Positions 1-8,624 of a stretch of 31,702 bases of DNA are shown here, one piece after another. Origin of the DNA: Thermoleophilia bacterium (GTDB lineage: Bacteria; Actinomycetota; Thermoleophilia; UBA2241); NCBI GenBank assembly GCA_035464075.1, contig DATHSP010000002.1, positions 1-31,702 on the forward strand, written 5' to 3'. Below the pieces are notes generated by a model that saw nothing but the letters and a program-made list of their open reading frames with translations, did no database searches and was not told the DNA's origin. Numbering within the stretch: the first letter of the stretch is position 1; each line of letters opens with the position of its first letter. The position numbers were made by a program, and so were the translations under genes.

Positions 1-63
1 ATCGCACGCCCCGCCCCTCGCCCTTCCGTCCGCCGCGAGCAGGTGCCGGAGCGCCGGCCGCAG

Positions 64-750
64 TCAGCCGCCGGCGGGCTCGCGCCGCGCGGCCAGCGGC
101 ACGAAGCGCACGCTGAGACCCGCGGGGAGCTTCTCGACCACGGCGACCGTGGGCCCGTCGTCCTCCTCCTCGGGGGAGCTGGCGGTGCCCGGGTTCAGGT
201 GGAGCACGCCGTCGATCCACACGGCCGAAGGCACGTGCTCGTGGCCCGCGACCACGAGGTCGAGGTCGTCGAGCGAGAGCTTGCCGCGCGCGATGCGCTT
301 CTGCAGACGCTTGGGCTTGTGACCGACGACGAAGCGGATGCCGTCGACCTCGCCCGCCACCTGGCGCGGCAGGTCGCCGACGACGTCGAGCCGGTCGAGG
401 TTGCCCGCCACCGCGGTGACGGGCGCGACCGTCTCGAGCTCGCTCAGGATCGCCGGGTCCATGACGTCGCCGGCGTGGATGATGTGGCGGACGCCGGCGA
501 ACACCTCGAGCACCTGCGGGTCGAGGTAGCCGTGCGTGTCGGAGATGACGCCGATGCGCACGGTGGCGGCGCGTCGAGGACGTCGGGCGGGGCGGCCGGC
601 CTGCGAAGGCTCGGATGGCCGAGACGATGCGTCGGCCGGGGACGGTTCGGCGGCCTCGGCAGGTGCGACCGGCGCCTCCGGCTTCTCCGGGTGCTTGGGT
701 TTCGCGGCCTTCGCGGCCTCACGCTTCCTGGACTCGCTCTTCTTGACCAT
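64..750 (-). CDS. Metallophosphoesterase (calcineurin-like, YfcE/MJ0936-type) with an about 70-aa Lys/Ala/Pro-rich basic N-terminal tail
   Basis: Motifs GVISDTHG, HAGD, GNLD and GHEH are the canonical metal-binding blocks of this phosphoesterase family. The N-terminus KKSESRKREAAKAAKPKHPEKPEAP is low-complexity and basic. It is a single long ORF in a GC-rich coding frame. Confidence 0.8.
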   Translation of the reverse strand: MVKKSESRKREAAKAAKPKHPEKPEAPVAPAEAAEPSPADASSRPSEPSQAGRPARRPRRAATVRIGVISDTHGYLDPQVLEVFAGVRHIIHAGDVMDPAILSELETVAPVTAVAGNLDRLDVVGDLPRQVAGEVDGIRFVVGHKPKRLQKRIARGKLSLDDLDLVVAGHEHVPSAVWIDGVLHLNPGTASSPEEEDDGPTVAVVEKLPAGLSVRFVPLAARREPAGG

Positions 751-897
751 GACGACCCTCCGGCGCTGGGACGCTCATGGTACACCTTGGACGTGAGCGG
801 GCCTTGCGTCCAGGCCGAATCGGCCACGATCACGATCTCGTCCGAGTGGCGACGGACAGGGGGGCCATCCGGTGACCACTCGAGTGCGCGGTGTGGG

Positions 898-940
898 GGC
901 GATGGGCGGGCGCCTTCGTCGCCGGCGCCCGCCCATCGCC
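898..940 (-). terminator. Perfect 17-bp inverted repeat (GGCGATGGGCGGGCGCC, 9-nt loop) about 15 nt downstream of the stop of the PhnB-like gene on the minus strand. Candidate intrinsic terminator or attenuator, with no U-tract.
   Basis: Read directly from the sequence: arm 898-914, loop 915-923, arm 924-940, and the arms are exact reverse complements. It lies between two co-directional minus-strand genes. Confidence 0.4.
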
Positions 941-954
941 CTCCGCCTCGTCGT

Positions 955-1434
955 CTACCCCCCGTCGTGTGCGCGCTGCAGTGCGGCGATGTCGAACTTG
1001 GTCATCTTGAGGAACGCCTGCGTGACGCGCGCCAGCGCCTCGGGGTCCTTCTCGTCCATCATCTCGTCCAGGGCCGCCGGGACGACCTGCCACGAGAGGC
1101 CGTACTTGTCCTTCAGCCAACCGCACTGGCCCTCCTGCCCGCCGTCGGCGGTCAGCTTCTCCCAGTAGTAGTCGATCTCTTCCTGCGCCTCGCACTTCAC
1201 GATGAACGAGATCGACTCGTTGAACTTGAACAGCGGCCCCGCGCTGATGGCCATGAACTCTTGGCCCAGGAGCTCGAAGCTCACGGTGTCAACGGTCCCC
1301 GACGGGGTGTCGTGGATCGTCGTGACGCTGGTGATACGTGAGTCCTTGAAGATGGAGGTGTAGAACTCGGCCGCCTCCCTGGCCTCCTTGTCGAACCAGA
1401 GGTGCGGCACGATCGTCTGTTTGATCGATGCCAT
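955..1434 (-). CDS. VOC/glyoxalase-superfamily protein, PhnB-like (3-demethylubiquinone-9 3-methyltransferase domain family)
   Basis: 159 aa. The N-terminal IVPHLWF and the FYTSIF...ITSV...GQEFMAISAGP...F.FNESISF.V.C..Q.EIDYYWEKL...G...QCGWLKDKYGLSWQVVP pattern are typical of PhnB/DUF-VOC proteins. Confidence 0.8.
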   Translation of the reverse strand: MASIKQTIVPHLWFDKEAREAAEFYTSIFKDSRITSVTTIHDTPSGTVDTVSFELLGQEFMAISAGPLFKFNESISFIVKCEAQEEIDYYWEKLTADGGQEGQCGWLKDKYGLSWQVVPAALDEMMDEKDPEALARVTQAFLKMTKFDIAALQRAHDGG

Positions 1435-1629
1435 GACGTCTCTCCCTGTGCGTGCACGGTCTTACCGCGCACTTGCCCCGGGTGCCTGTCGGGCAGTCCC
1501 GTTCCGCTCGGGACGATCGCTTGGGCTCGCCTCGCGTCAGTCTGACGTGACGGCCGGCGCTTCTCGCGCCGCCGGTCTCGCACCTTCGCAACGAGACAGC
1601 CGGCGCGAATCGGGCTAGGGTGTCGCCGG

Positions 1630-2298
1630 ATGATGTGGCGTCGACGCGGAGGGGCGGGAGTGGAGGCACAGGCGGAGGCGGCGACGGGCCGGCGTGTGCT
1701 CGTAGCCTACGCGACGAAGTACGGGTCCACGGCCAAGGTGGCGGAGACCGTGGCCGAGGAGCTGCGCGCGGCCGGCTGTGAGGCCGAGGCGCAGAGCGTG
1801 GGCGACGCTGGGTCGACAGCGGAGTTCGACGCTGTCGTGGTCGGCGGCCCGATGATCCTCGGCTGGCACAAGGAGGCGGTGAGGTTCGTGAAGGCACGGC
1901 GCGACGTGCTGGCCGCCGTGCCGGTCGCCTACTTCATCACCGCCGCCTCGCTGACCGACGACGGGGCGGACGCCGTCGACGGCGTCCCCATCATGAAGGA
2001 CTCCTGGCTGGCCAGAGCGCCGTCACGGCCGGAGAAGCTGAGCTACCGCCAGCGCTACGCCCTGCCGTCGCACTACCTGGGCGACGTGCTCGAGGCGACG
2101 GTGCCGGTGCGGCCGCGCCAGGCGGCGTTCTTCGGCGGCGCCCTCGACCTCACGAAGATGAACCTCTTCGAGAAGCTCTTCGTGATGCTGGTCATCGGGG
2201 CGACGCCCGGCGACGGCCGCCACTGGGACGCGGTGCGCGAGTGGGCGCGCGGACTGCCGGCGGTGCTCTTCGGGGACGCCGCGGACGCGGCGCCCTGA
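1630..2298 (+). CDS. Flavodoxin-like domain protein (HemG/WrbA-like fold); true start possibly the internal GTG near 1660
   Basis: VLVAYATKYGSTAKVAETVAEEL is the flavodoxin-like N-terminal FMN-binding loop, followed by DAVVVGGP. The sequence GGAGGGGCGGGA precedes the GTG at about 1660. Confidence 0.7.
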   Translation: MMWRRRGGAGVEAQAEAATGRRVLVAYATKYGSTAKVAETVAEELRAAGCEAEAQSVGDAGSTAEFDAVVVGGPMILGWHKEAVRFVKARRDVLAAVPVAYFITAASLTDDGADAVDGVPIMKDSWLARAPSRPEKLSYRQRYALPSHYLGDVLEATVPVRPRQAAFFGGALDLTKMNLFEKLFVMLVIGATPGDGRHWDAVREWARGLPAVLFGDAADAAP

Positions 2299-2380
2299 GC
2301 CCCGCGGCCTGCGACGTCCTGCGGGCCGCGTCCCGGGACCGCCGCGGCCCGACGCGTTCAGCTCGGCCGCGCCACGGGAG

Positions 2381-3454
2381 TCACTCCGGCAGCGGTTCCG
2401 TGTCCCAGCCCGACGGCTCGAACGCGGCGCCGACCTCGGCGCCGACGACGAACATGACGGTGCCCGGCTCCTTGGCCACGACGCCGCGCACGGTGGCCGG
2501 GTCGGGCACCCAGAGGAAGCTGCCGGCCGGCGCGTCGAGCTCCTCGCCGTCCACGCGGTAGGTCGCGTGCCCGCAGACGATGAGGAAGAGCTCCTCATGG
2601 TTCGCCTTCGTCTCGTCGTGGTCGTGGGTGAGGATGTCGCCGGCGTGGGTGGCCCGTGACAGGTTGGTGCCGAAGGAGGCGATGTCGAAAAAGCGCCGGA
2701 CGGGCTTCCATTCGGTGCCCGGCGAGTAGCCCTCTTCGAAGGGGATCTCGTCGATGTGCGCCACTCTCCAGGCTGCGCCCTTCTGCTCAGTACCCACGTC
2801 CGCCTCCTCGCCGCTTCTGACCGTGCCGGTGGAGTGTAGCAGCGCGGTCGCCGTCTCGGGTGCGGTCGCCGTCGCGGGTGCGGTCGCCGTCTCGGATGCA
2901 GTCGGCGTGTCAGGTGCGGTCGCCTTCGGCGGTGCCGTCGCAGTCGCGGCCGTGTCGAGCAGCATGAGGACGCCCTGGTCGCCCTCGCCGCCGCGCTCGA
3001 AGCCGGAGGCGCCGTAGAAGGCCTCGGCGTCGGGGTTGTCGGCGAGCAACCAGACCAGCGGGACCCCTGCGCCCCCCATCCAGTCGAGCATCTCCTGGAT
3101 GAGCGCCGTGCCGACCCCGCGCCGGCGATCGCCGGCGCGGACGCCGATGGCGTACAGCAGCAGCTCGCGTCCTTCGCCTGACGGCAGCCGCAGGAGGTGG
3201 CAGAGGATCTCGCCGACGATGCGCCCGTCCTCCTCGGCGACCCAGTGCAGGACCATCGGGTCGGCCAGGTACGCCGCAGCATCCTCGGGAGAGAGCGGGC
3301 CTTCTGGCGTGCTGCGTCCCGCGAGGTCGAAGTCGTCGGCCTGCTCGGCCAGCAGCGCCAGCACGGCCTCGTCGCCGGGGCCGAGGCGCCGGATCGCGAA
3401 CGGCGGCGCGGGCACGTCACTCCCGGGGTCGTTTGGGCTGTCGGCTGTCTCCAT
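2381..3454 (-). CDS. Fusion protein: N-terminal GNAT N-acetyltransferase, then a Thr/Ala/Pro hexapeptide-repeat linker, then a C-terminal cupin domain
   Basis: GNAT motifs IRRLGPGDEAVLALL... and RRRGVGTALIQEM (acetyl-CoA loop). Linker TATATAPPKATAPDTPTASETATAPATATAPETATA. Cupin motif HDHDE...H...G.F.WVP. The frame is continuous across the linker in the ORF track. Confidence 0.75.
   Translation of the reverse strand: METADSPNDPGSDVPAPPFAIRRLGPGDEAVLALLAEQADDFDLAGRSTPEGPLSPEDAAAYLADPMVLHWVAEEDGRIVGEILCHLLRLPSGEGRELLLYAIGVRAGDRRRGVGTALIQEMLDWMGGAGVPLVWLLADNPDAEAFYGASGFERGGEGDQGVLMLLDTAATATAPPKATAPDTPTASETATAPATATAPETATALLHSTGTVRSGEEADVGTEQKGAAWRVAHIDEIPFEEGYSPGTEWKPVRRFFDIASFGTNLSRATHAGDILTHDHDETKANHEELFLIVCGHATYRVDGEELDAPAGSFLWVPDPATVRGVVAKEPGTVMFVVGAEVGAAFEPSGWDTEPLPE
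2844..2951. repeat. Six imperfect copies of an 18-bp tandem repeat (consensus GCGGTCGCCGTCKCGGGT) inside the GNAT-cupin gene, encoding the (P/E)TATA(P) hexapeptide linker
   Basis: Direct reading: gcggtcgccgtctcgggt / gcggtcgccgtcgcgggt / gcggtcgccgtctcggat / gcagtcggcgtgtcaggt / gcggtcgccttcggcggt / gccgtcgcagtcgcggcc. The unit length of 18 nt keeps the frame. Confidence 0.75.
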
Positions 3455-3471
3455 GGGTCAGCTCTTCCCCG

Positions 3472-4213
3472 TCAAGGCAGGAGCGACTCGAGGAGGCCCT
3501 TGCGGCGCTTCCAATCCGGGACGAGGCGCTCGACGAGCGCCCAGAACTCGGGCCCGTGGTTGGGGTGCTCGAGGTGACAGAGCTCGTGGAGGATCACGTA
3601 GTCGATGCACTCCTCGGGGGCGCGGATCAGGTCGAGCCGCAGCGACATGTTGCCTCTGGGGGACAGACTGCCCCAGCGCGTGCGCATGTGCTTGAGCCGC
3701 AGCGTCGGCAGCCGGTGGCCGTCCGAGGGAAAGTACGCCCAGCACGCGTCCAGCCTGGCCGGCAGGTGACGGCGAGCGCGGCGAACGTACCACCCGTCCA
3801 GGAGGGTCTTGACGTGCGCCGCCGGGGCGTCGGAGCGGACCGCGACGCGCAAGGCGCCACCGGCCAGGCGCACGCTCTCGACGTCGCCCTGTTCGATCGC
3901 CAGTGGGTACGGCCGGCCGAGATAGAGGTGGGTCTCACCCTCCTCGTAGCGGAGCGGCGGGGTACGCGCTGCGGACGCAGCGAACTCGCGCTGCTTGCGC
4001 ACGATCCAGTCGGCGCGACCGGCGACCGATCGCAGCACGTCCGCCTCGCGCGCGTGTCGCGGCGCCCGCACGACGACACTGCCGTCGCGGTGGACCGTGA
4101 AGCCGAGCGTCCTCCGGTCCGACCGGACGAGTTCGAACGAGATGGTCTCGTCGCCGTGGCGGACGCAGCGGGTGACGGTCGTAGCCGGGACTCTTCGCCG
4201 CACCCTGCGCACT
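3472..4213 (-). CDS. YgjP-like zinc metallohydrolase (DUF45/WLM-SprT-like, M48-related)
   Basis: C-terminal HELCHLEHPNHGPEFW is the HExxH zinc motif of the YgjP family. The N-terminus ISFELVRSDRRTLGFTVHRDGSVVVRAP matches the family's start. I placed the start at a GTG near 4213. The ORF track's longer 5' extension (to 4464) overlaps the end of glpK and is not supported. Confidence 0.7.
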
Positions 4214-4234
4214 CCCGTGACGCCGGGCCCGTCT

Positions 4235-5743
4235 TCAGTCGGCGACGGTCGGGCCGCCGAACGCGCGCACGCACTCGACGGCGCGCCGCCAGTCGTCGCG
4301 GCGGCGGACGACGTCGGTGGCGGGCCGCGGCTCGAAGCGCCGCGCGGCCCGCCACAGCCCGGCCACCTCGGCTTCGTCGCGCCACAGCCCCACGGCGAGG
4401 CCGGCGAGGTAGGCGGCGCCGAGCGCCGTGGACTCGGGCTGCGCAGCGCGCCGTACCGGCACACCGAGGAGGTCGGCCTGCGCCTGCAGCAGCAGGTCGG
4501 AGCCGCTGGCGCCGCCGTCGGCTCGCACTTCCAGGGGCTGGAGGTGCGAGCCCTCCTCGATGGCCGACACGAGGTCGGCGACCTGGAAGGCGATGCCCTC
4601 GAGTGCGGCGCGGGCGATGTGGGCCGCGGTCGTGCCGCGCGTCAGGCCGAAGATCGCGCCCCGCGCCTGCGGGTCCCAGTGCGGGGCGCCGAGGCCGGTG
4701 AGCGCGGGGACGAAGCACACGCCGGCGCTTGAGTCGACCGACTCGGCCAGGGCCCCTACCTCCTTGGCGCTCGCGATCAGCCCGAGGCCGTCGCGGAGCC
4801 ACTGCACGACGGCGCCGCCGACGAAGACCGAGCCCTCGAGCGCGTACGTGCGCTGCCCCGCGCGCTGCAGGGCCACCGTGGTGACGAGCCCGTCCGGTGC
4901 CGCGACCGGGTCGTCGCCGACGTGGAGCAGGAGGAAGCAGCCGGTGCCGTACGTCACCTTCGTGAGGCCGGGCGCGGTGCACGCCTGGCCGAAGAGGGCG
5001 GCCTGCTGGTCGCCGGCGACGCCGGCGACGGGGATGGCCACCCCGAAGATGCCCGGGTCGGTCTCGGCGATCACGCCGCAGCTGTCGCGGACCTCCGGCA
5101 GCACCTCGCGCGGCGCGCCGAACAGCTCGAGCATCCCGTCGTCCCAGTCGCCGCGCCCGATGTCGTAGAGCAGCGTGCGCGAGGCGTTGGTCGCGTCGGT
5201 CATGTGGCTGCGACCGCCGGTCAGCTTCCAGATGAGCCAGGAGTCGACGGTGCCGAAGGCGAGCTCGCCCGCTCGCGCCCGGCGCATCCCGTCCGGGAGG
5301 GAGTCGAGGATCCAGCGGAGCTTGGTGGCCGAGAAGTAGGGGTCGAAGAGCAATCCAGTGGTGCGTCGCACGAGCGGCTCGTGCCCGGCGCGGCGCAGCT
5401 CGTCGCACGCCGCGGCGGTGCGCCGGTCCTGCCAGACGATCGCCGGCGCGACCGGCTCCCCGGTGGCTCGGTCCCAGACGATGGTCGTCTCGCGCTGGTT
5501 GGTGATGCCGATCGCGGCGATGCTCCCCACGCCGACGCCCGCCTGCGCCAGCGTCGCCCGTGCCGTGTCGCGCTGCGTCGCCCAGATCTCGTTCGGGTCC
5601 TGCTCGACCCACCCCGGCTGCGGGTAGTGCTGCGTCAGCTCCTGCTGGGCGGAGGCGACGATCGCGCCCTCGCGGTCGATGAGCACTGCGCGTGAGCTGG
5701 TCGTGCCCTGGTCGAGGGCGAGGATGAGGTCGGCGTCAGTCAC
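4235..5743 (-). CDS. glpK: Glycerol kinase
   Basis: Residues [49 protein letters not shown] and GGAS...LLLQ.QADLLG are textbook FGGY/GlpK signatures. Start at the GTG ([15 protein letters not shown]). The 5' part of the 728-aa track ORF is a frame run-on. Confidence 0.9.
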   Translation of the reverse strand: MTDADLILALDQGTTSSRAVLIDREGAIVASAQQELTQHYPQPGWVEQDPNEIWATQRDTARATLAQAGVGVGSIAAIGITNQRETTIVWDRATGEPVAPAIVWQDRRTAAACDELRRAGHEPLVRRTTGLLFDPYFSATKLRWILDSLPDGMRRARAGELAFGTVDSWLIWKLTGGRSHMTDATNASRTLLYDIGRGDWDDGMLELFGAPREVLPEVRDSCGVIAETDPGIFGVAIPVAGVAGDQQAALFGQACTAPGLTKVTYGTGCFLLLHVGDDPVAAPDGLVTTVALQRAGQRTYALEGSVFVGGAVVQWLRDGLGLIASAKEVGALAESVDSSAGVCFVPALTGLGAPHWDPQARGAIFGLTRGTTAAHIARAALEGIAFQVADLVSAIEEGSHLQPLEVRADGGASGSDLLLQAQADLLGVPVRRAAQPESTALGAAYLAGLAVGLWRDEAEVAGLWRAARRFEPRPATDVVRRRDDWRRAVECVRAFGGPTVAD

Positions 5744-5899
5744 GGCCCGTATCCTACGTCGCCGGCGCGCCCGCGGGCCATTCGCCGCGGGAGAGCAGCC
5801 TCTCGGCAGTGGCCGCACACTCGGGATGGCCGATGCTCTCGCGCCGCGAGCGGACCGTGCAGTAGACGCCGTCGCCGTTCCCGCGCTGCGGGGTACAGA

Positions 5900-6577
5900 G
5901 TGCGCATGACGACCTACGTCGCCCTGCTGAGAGCCGTGAACGTCGGCGGCCGCACGCTGCCGATGGCGGACGTGCGGCGCAGCCTCGAGGGCCTGGGGCT
6001 GCGGCACGTGCGGACCTACCTGCAGAGCGGCAACGTCGTGTTCGAGGCGGGCGGCGCTGCGGCAGACGAGGACTCCGTCGCCCCGGCAGCGAGGCTCGCC
6101 GCCGGGCTCGAGGTGCGCATCGAGCGCGATCTCGGGCCCCGCGTCGCCGTACTCGTACTGACCGGCGACGAGCTGGCCGCGATCCACGGTACGAACCCAT
6201 TCCTCTCCGAGCCCGGCGTCGACGAAGGCTCGCTCCACGCGACGTTCCTCTTGACGCCGGCCGGCGGGGACGACTTCGGCGAGGCGACCGCGGCGGCCTA
6301 CAGCGCGGTCTACGAGGCTGCCCTCCGGGGGCTGCAGCTGCCGGCCGTGGAGGGCGAGCGCGCGGTCTTCGTCGGCTCGCCCCCGCTCGCCACACCCGTC
6401 CTCTATCTCCATCTGCCGCACGGCTACGGCCGCAGCAAGCTGACGAACGCGTACTTCGAGCGTAAGCTCGGTACCGGCGCCACGACCAGGAACTGGCGAA
6501 CGGTGACGGCGCTCGCGGCGCTGAGTGCGCCGGGGGCGGGCGCTCTGTCTGACGAAGACGACGGGGGGACCTCATGA
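5900..6577 (+). CDS. DUF1697 domain protein
   Basis: [12 protein letters not shown]...[15 protein letters not shown] is the conserved DUF1697 N-terminus. Its stop overlaps the next start as ATGA. Confidence 0.75.
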   Translation: MRMTTYVALLRAVNVGGRTLPMADVRRSLEGLGLRHVRTYLQSGNVVFEAGGAAADEDSVAPAARLAAGLEVRIERDLGPRVAVLVLTGDELAAIHGTNPFLSEPGVDEGSLHATFLLTPAGGDDFGEATAAAYSAVYEAALRGLQLPAVEGERAVFVGSPPLATPVLYLHLPHGYGRSKLTNAYFERKLGTGATTRNWRTVTALAALSAPGAGALSDEDDGGTS

Positions 6578-6861
6578 GCGAAGAAGTGGTGCGCGTGGAG
6601 CACGACGTCGCCGCGCAGCAGTACGAGGTGTACGTGGACGACCGGCGCGCCGGCCTCGCCGGGTATCGCGACGAGGACGGCCGCCGCGTCCTCACTCACA
6701 CCGAGGTCGACCCCGAGTTCGGGGGCCGGGGTCTCGCCGGTCGGCTGGCGAAGCGGGCCCTCGACGATGCTCGCGAGGCTGGTTTGCACGTCGTGCCGCA
6801 GTGCTCCTACATGGCGAAGTACGTCGAGCGGCACGCGGAGTACGCCGACCTCGTGAAGTAG
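6574..6861 (+). CDS. Small GNAT-like N-acetyltransferase (Acetyltransf_CG / YjdJ-like, about 95 aa)
   Basis: 95 aa. Pattern ...YEV.VDD..AG.A.YRDEDGRRVLTHTEVDPEFGGRGLAGRLAKRALDDAREAGLHVVPQCSYM typical of the minimal GNAT_CG family. Translationally coupled (ATGA) to the DUF1697 gene. Confidence 0.7.
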   Translation: MSEEVVRVEHDVAAQQYEVYVDDRRAGLAGYRDEDGRRVLTHTEVDPEFGGRGLAGRLAKRALDDAREAGLHVVPQCSYMAKYVERHAEYADLVK

Positions 6862-7024
6862 GCCGGAGTCTCAGGCAAGGGCCGGCTCCTTCGTCCGCGA
6901 CGCGGCCGTGGTCGTCGGCCGCGCTCACATCGGGCTTCGCGCCGCCGCCGCGAGCTTCGTCGCGCCGCCGAGGGTATGGCCCCCGCGCCGCGGGCTTCAC
7001 CGCGCCGCGCCTCTCCGGCGGACT

Positions 7025-8491
7025 TCAGCCCTGTGGCTCCGCCTCCGGCGCGACCGTCTCCGGCGACGACGCCGCCCACGAGATCGCCTCGGCCAGGGTC
7101 GGGTGCACGGCTCGCGCGCGCTGCAGGTCGGCGACCGTGGCTCCGGCCTGGACGGCGATCGAGAGCGCGTAGATGAGCTCGCCCGCCGACGGTCCGGCGA
7201 GGTGGCCGCCGACGAGCCGGTCGTCGCCGTCGAAGAGGAGCTTGACGAGTCCTTGCCGCTCGTCGCGGATGATGGCCTGGGCCGTGTACTCGAAGCCGCC
7301 GCGGGCGACCTTGTACGGGGCGCCGCGCGCGGCGAGCTCCGACTCGAGCAGGCCGACGCGTGCCACCTCGGGGACGGTGAAACAGGTCGACGGGATCACC
7401 GGGGGAGGAGTGTCGTCACTCAGGCCGGCGCCGTGCCGGTCGCCCGAGGGTCGCCCGCTGAGGATGTCCTCCGCGACCCGGCGACCCTCGTGGCCGGCCA
7501 CAGGGGTCAGCTGGATGCCCCCCGCCGCGTCGCCGGCGAACCAGACGCGGGGGTTGCTCGTACTGCGCAGGTCCTCGTCGAGGAGCGGGCGGCCGCGGTC
7601 GTCGACCTCGACCCCGCCGGCGGCGAGGTCGAGGTCGCCCAGATCCGGCCGCCTCCCGGTGGCGGCGAGCGCGCGTTCCGTCGCGAAGGCGCGCTCGCGG
7701 CCCTCGCCGTCGACGGTGACGACGGTGAGCGCCCCCCGCGCGCCGCGGACCTCGCGCACCTCGGTACGGAAACGGACGTCGGCCCCGCGGGCGCGCAGGC
7801 CGTCGACGACGAACGCCGCGCACTCGGGGTCGAAGCCCGTCAACACGCGCTCTCCGCGCACGAGTACGCGCACCTCGGTGCCGAAGGCGGCGTAGATCGC
7901 GGCCATCTCCATGGCGACGTACCCGCCGCCGACGACGACGAGGGCCGCCGGCAGCTCGTCGTAGAAGAGGGCGTCGTCGCTCGTGTCCATGAGCTCCCCG
8001 CCGGGGAGCGGCGGGATGACGGGGCGCGCGCCGGTGGCGACCAGGATGTGCTCGGCGCGCCGCACCTCGCCTCCGATCTCGACGGCGTCCGGCGCGGTGA
8101 AGCGCGCCGCGCCGTGTACGACCTCGACGCCGGCGTCGCGCAGGATGCCCTCCTGGTCGCCGGCGTACGTGCGCATCACCTCAACCTGCCGCTCGCGTGT
8201 GCGGCCCCAGTCGGGGTCCTTCGGGGCCGTCGCGTGACTTCCCTGGCGGCCGGTGGTCTCGCGCGCCCCATCCGCGGCCACGATGCTCACGATGGCGGTA
8301 TCGCGGACCTGGTGGAGCACGCGCCCCGCGGCGTACAGCGCCTTCTTGGGGACGCACCCGCGCCAGAGACAGGTTCCGCCGGCGATGTCGCGCTCGGCGA
8401 GAACGACGGAGCGGCCGGCCCGGCCGAGCGCGCGCGCCGCCTGGCTGCCGGCCGTGCCGGCGCCGATCACGATGATGGGGTGCTCGTCCAC
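7025..8491 (-). CDS. FAD-dependent pyridine nucleotide-disulfide oxidoreductase (dihydrolipoyl dehydrogenase / mycothione-mercuric reductase family)
   Basis: [14 protein letters not shown] (FAD-binding GxGxxG), the redox-active disulfide [13 protein letters not shown], and a second Rossmann fold [14 protein letters not shown]-terminal dimerisation region with HPTLAEA. GAGGAGG lies 5 nt before the GTG start. Confidence 0.8.
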   Translation of the reverse strand: MDEHPIIVIGAGTAGSQAARALGRAGRSVVLAERDIAGGTCLWRGCVPKKALYAAGRVLHQVRDTAIVSIVAADGARETTGRQGSHATAPKDPDWGRTRERQVEVMRTYAGDQEGILRDAGVEVVHGAARFTAPDAVEIGGEVRRAEHILVATGARPVIPPLPGGELMDTSDDALFYDELPAALVVVGGGYVAMEMAAIYAAFGTEVRVLVRGERVLTGFDPECAAFVVDGLRARGADVRFRTEVREVRGARGALTVVTVDGEGRERAFATERALAATGRRPDLGDLDLAAGGVEVDDRGRPLLDEDLRSTSNPRVWFAGDAAGGIQLTPVAGHEGRRVAEDILSGRPSGDRHGAGLSDDTPPPVIPSTCFTVPEVARVGLLESELAARGAPYKVARGGFEYTAQAIIRDERQGLVKLLFDGDDRLVGGHLAGPSAGELIYALSIAVQAGATVADLQRARAVHPTLAEAISWAASSPETVAPEAEPQG

Positions 8492-8624
8492 GGCGGCCTC
8501 CTCGGGTCACGCGCTGTGTACCCGTGGCGGCGGCTTCTCAGCGCTGCGCCCCGCCGGACTCGGCTCGAGATCCGAATCGACGTCTGCCCGGGGCGCGGTC
8601 GCCGAGCAGACGTTCGCCGTCGTG

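Noticed and set aside
43-1341. 432-aa plus-strand ORF overlapping the phosphoesterase and PhnB-like genes
   Set aside because: It is a shadow ORF antisense to two motif-bearing genes. The translation is Arg/Gly/Asp low-complexity with no domain signature, as expected in about 72% GC DNA.
2023-3420. 465-aa minus-strand ORF (Ser/Arg/Pro/Thr-rich) overlapping the GNAT-cupin gene in another frame
   Set aside because: Alternate-frame artefact of the real 2381..3454 gene. It is extreme low-complexity with no motifs.
3433-5612. Long ORFs 3433..4701 (+), 3627..5612 (-), 3995..4732 (+) and 4922..5695 (+) overlapping ygjP and glpK
   Set aside because: All are out-of-frame or antisense shadows of glpK and ygjP, which carry unambiguous family signatures. 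The translations are dominated by R/G/A/P runs.
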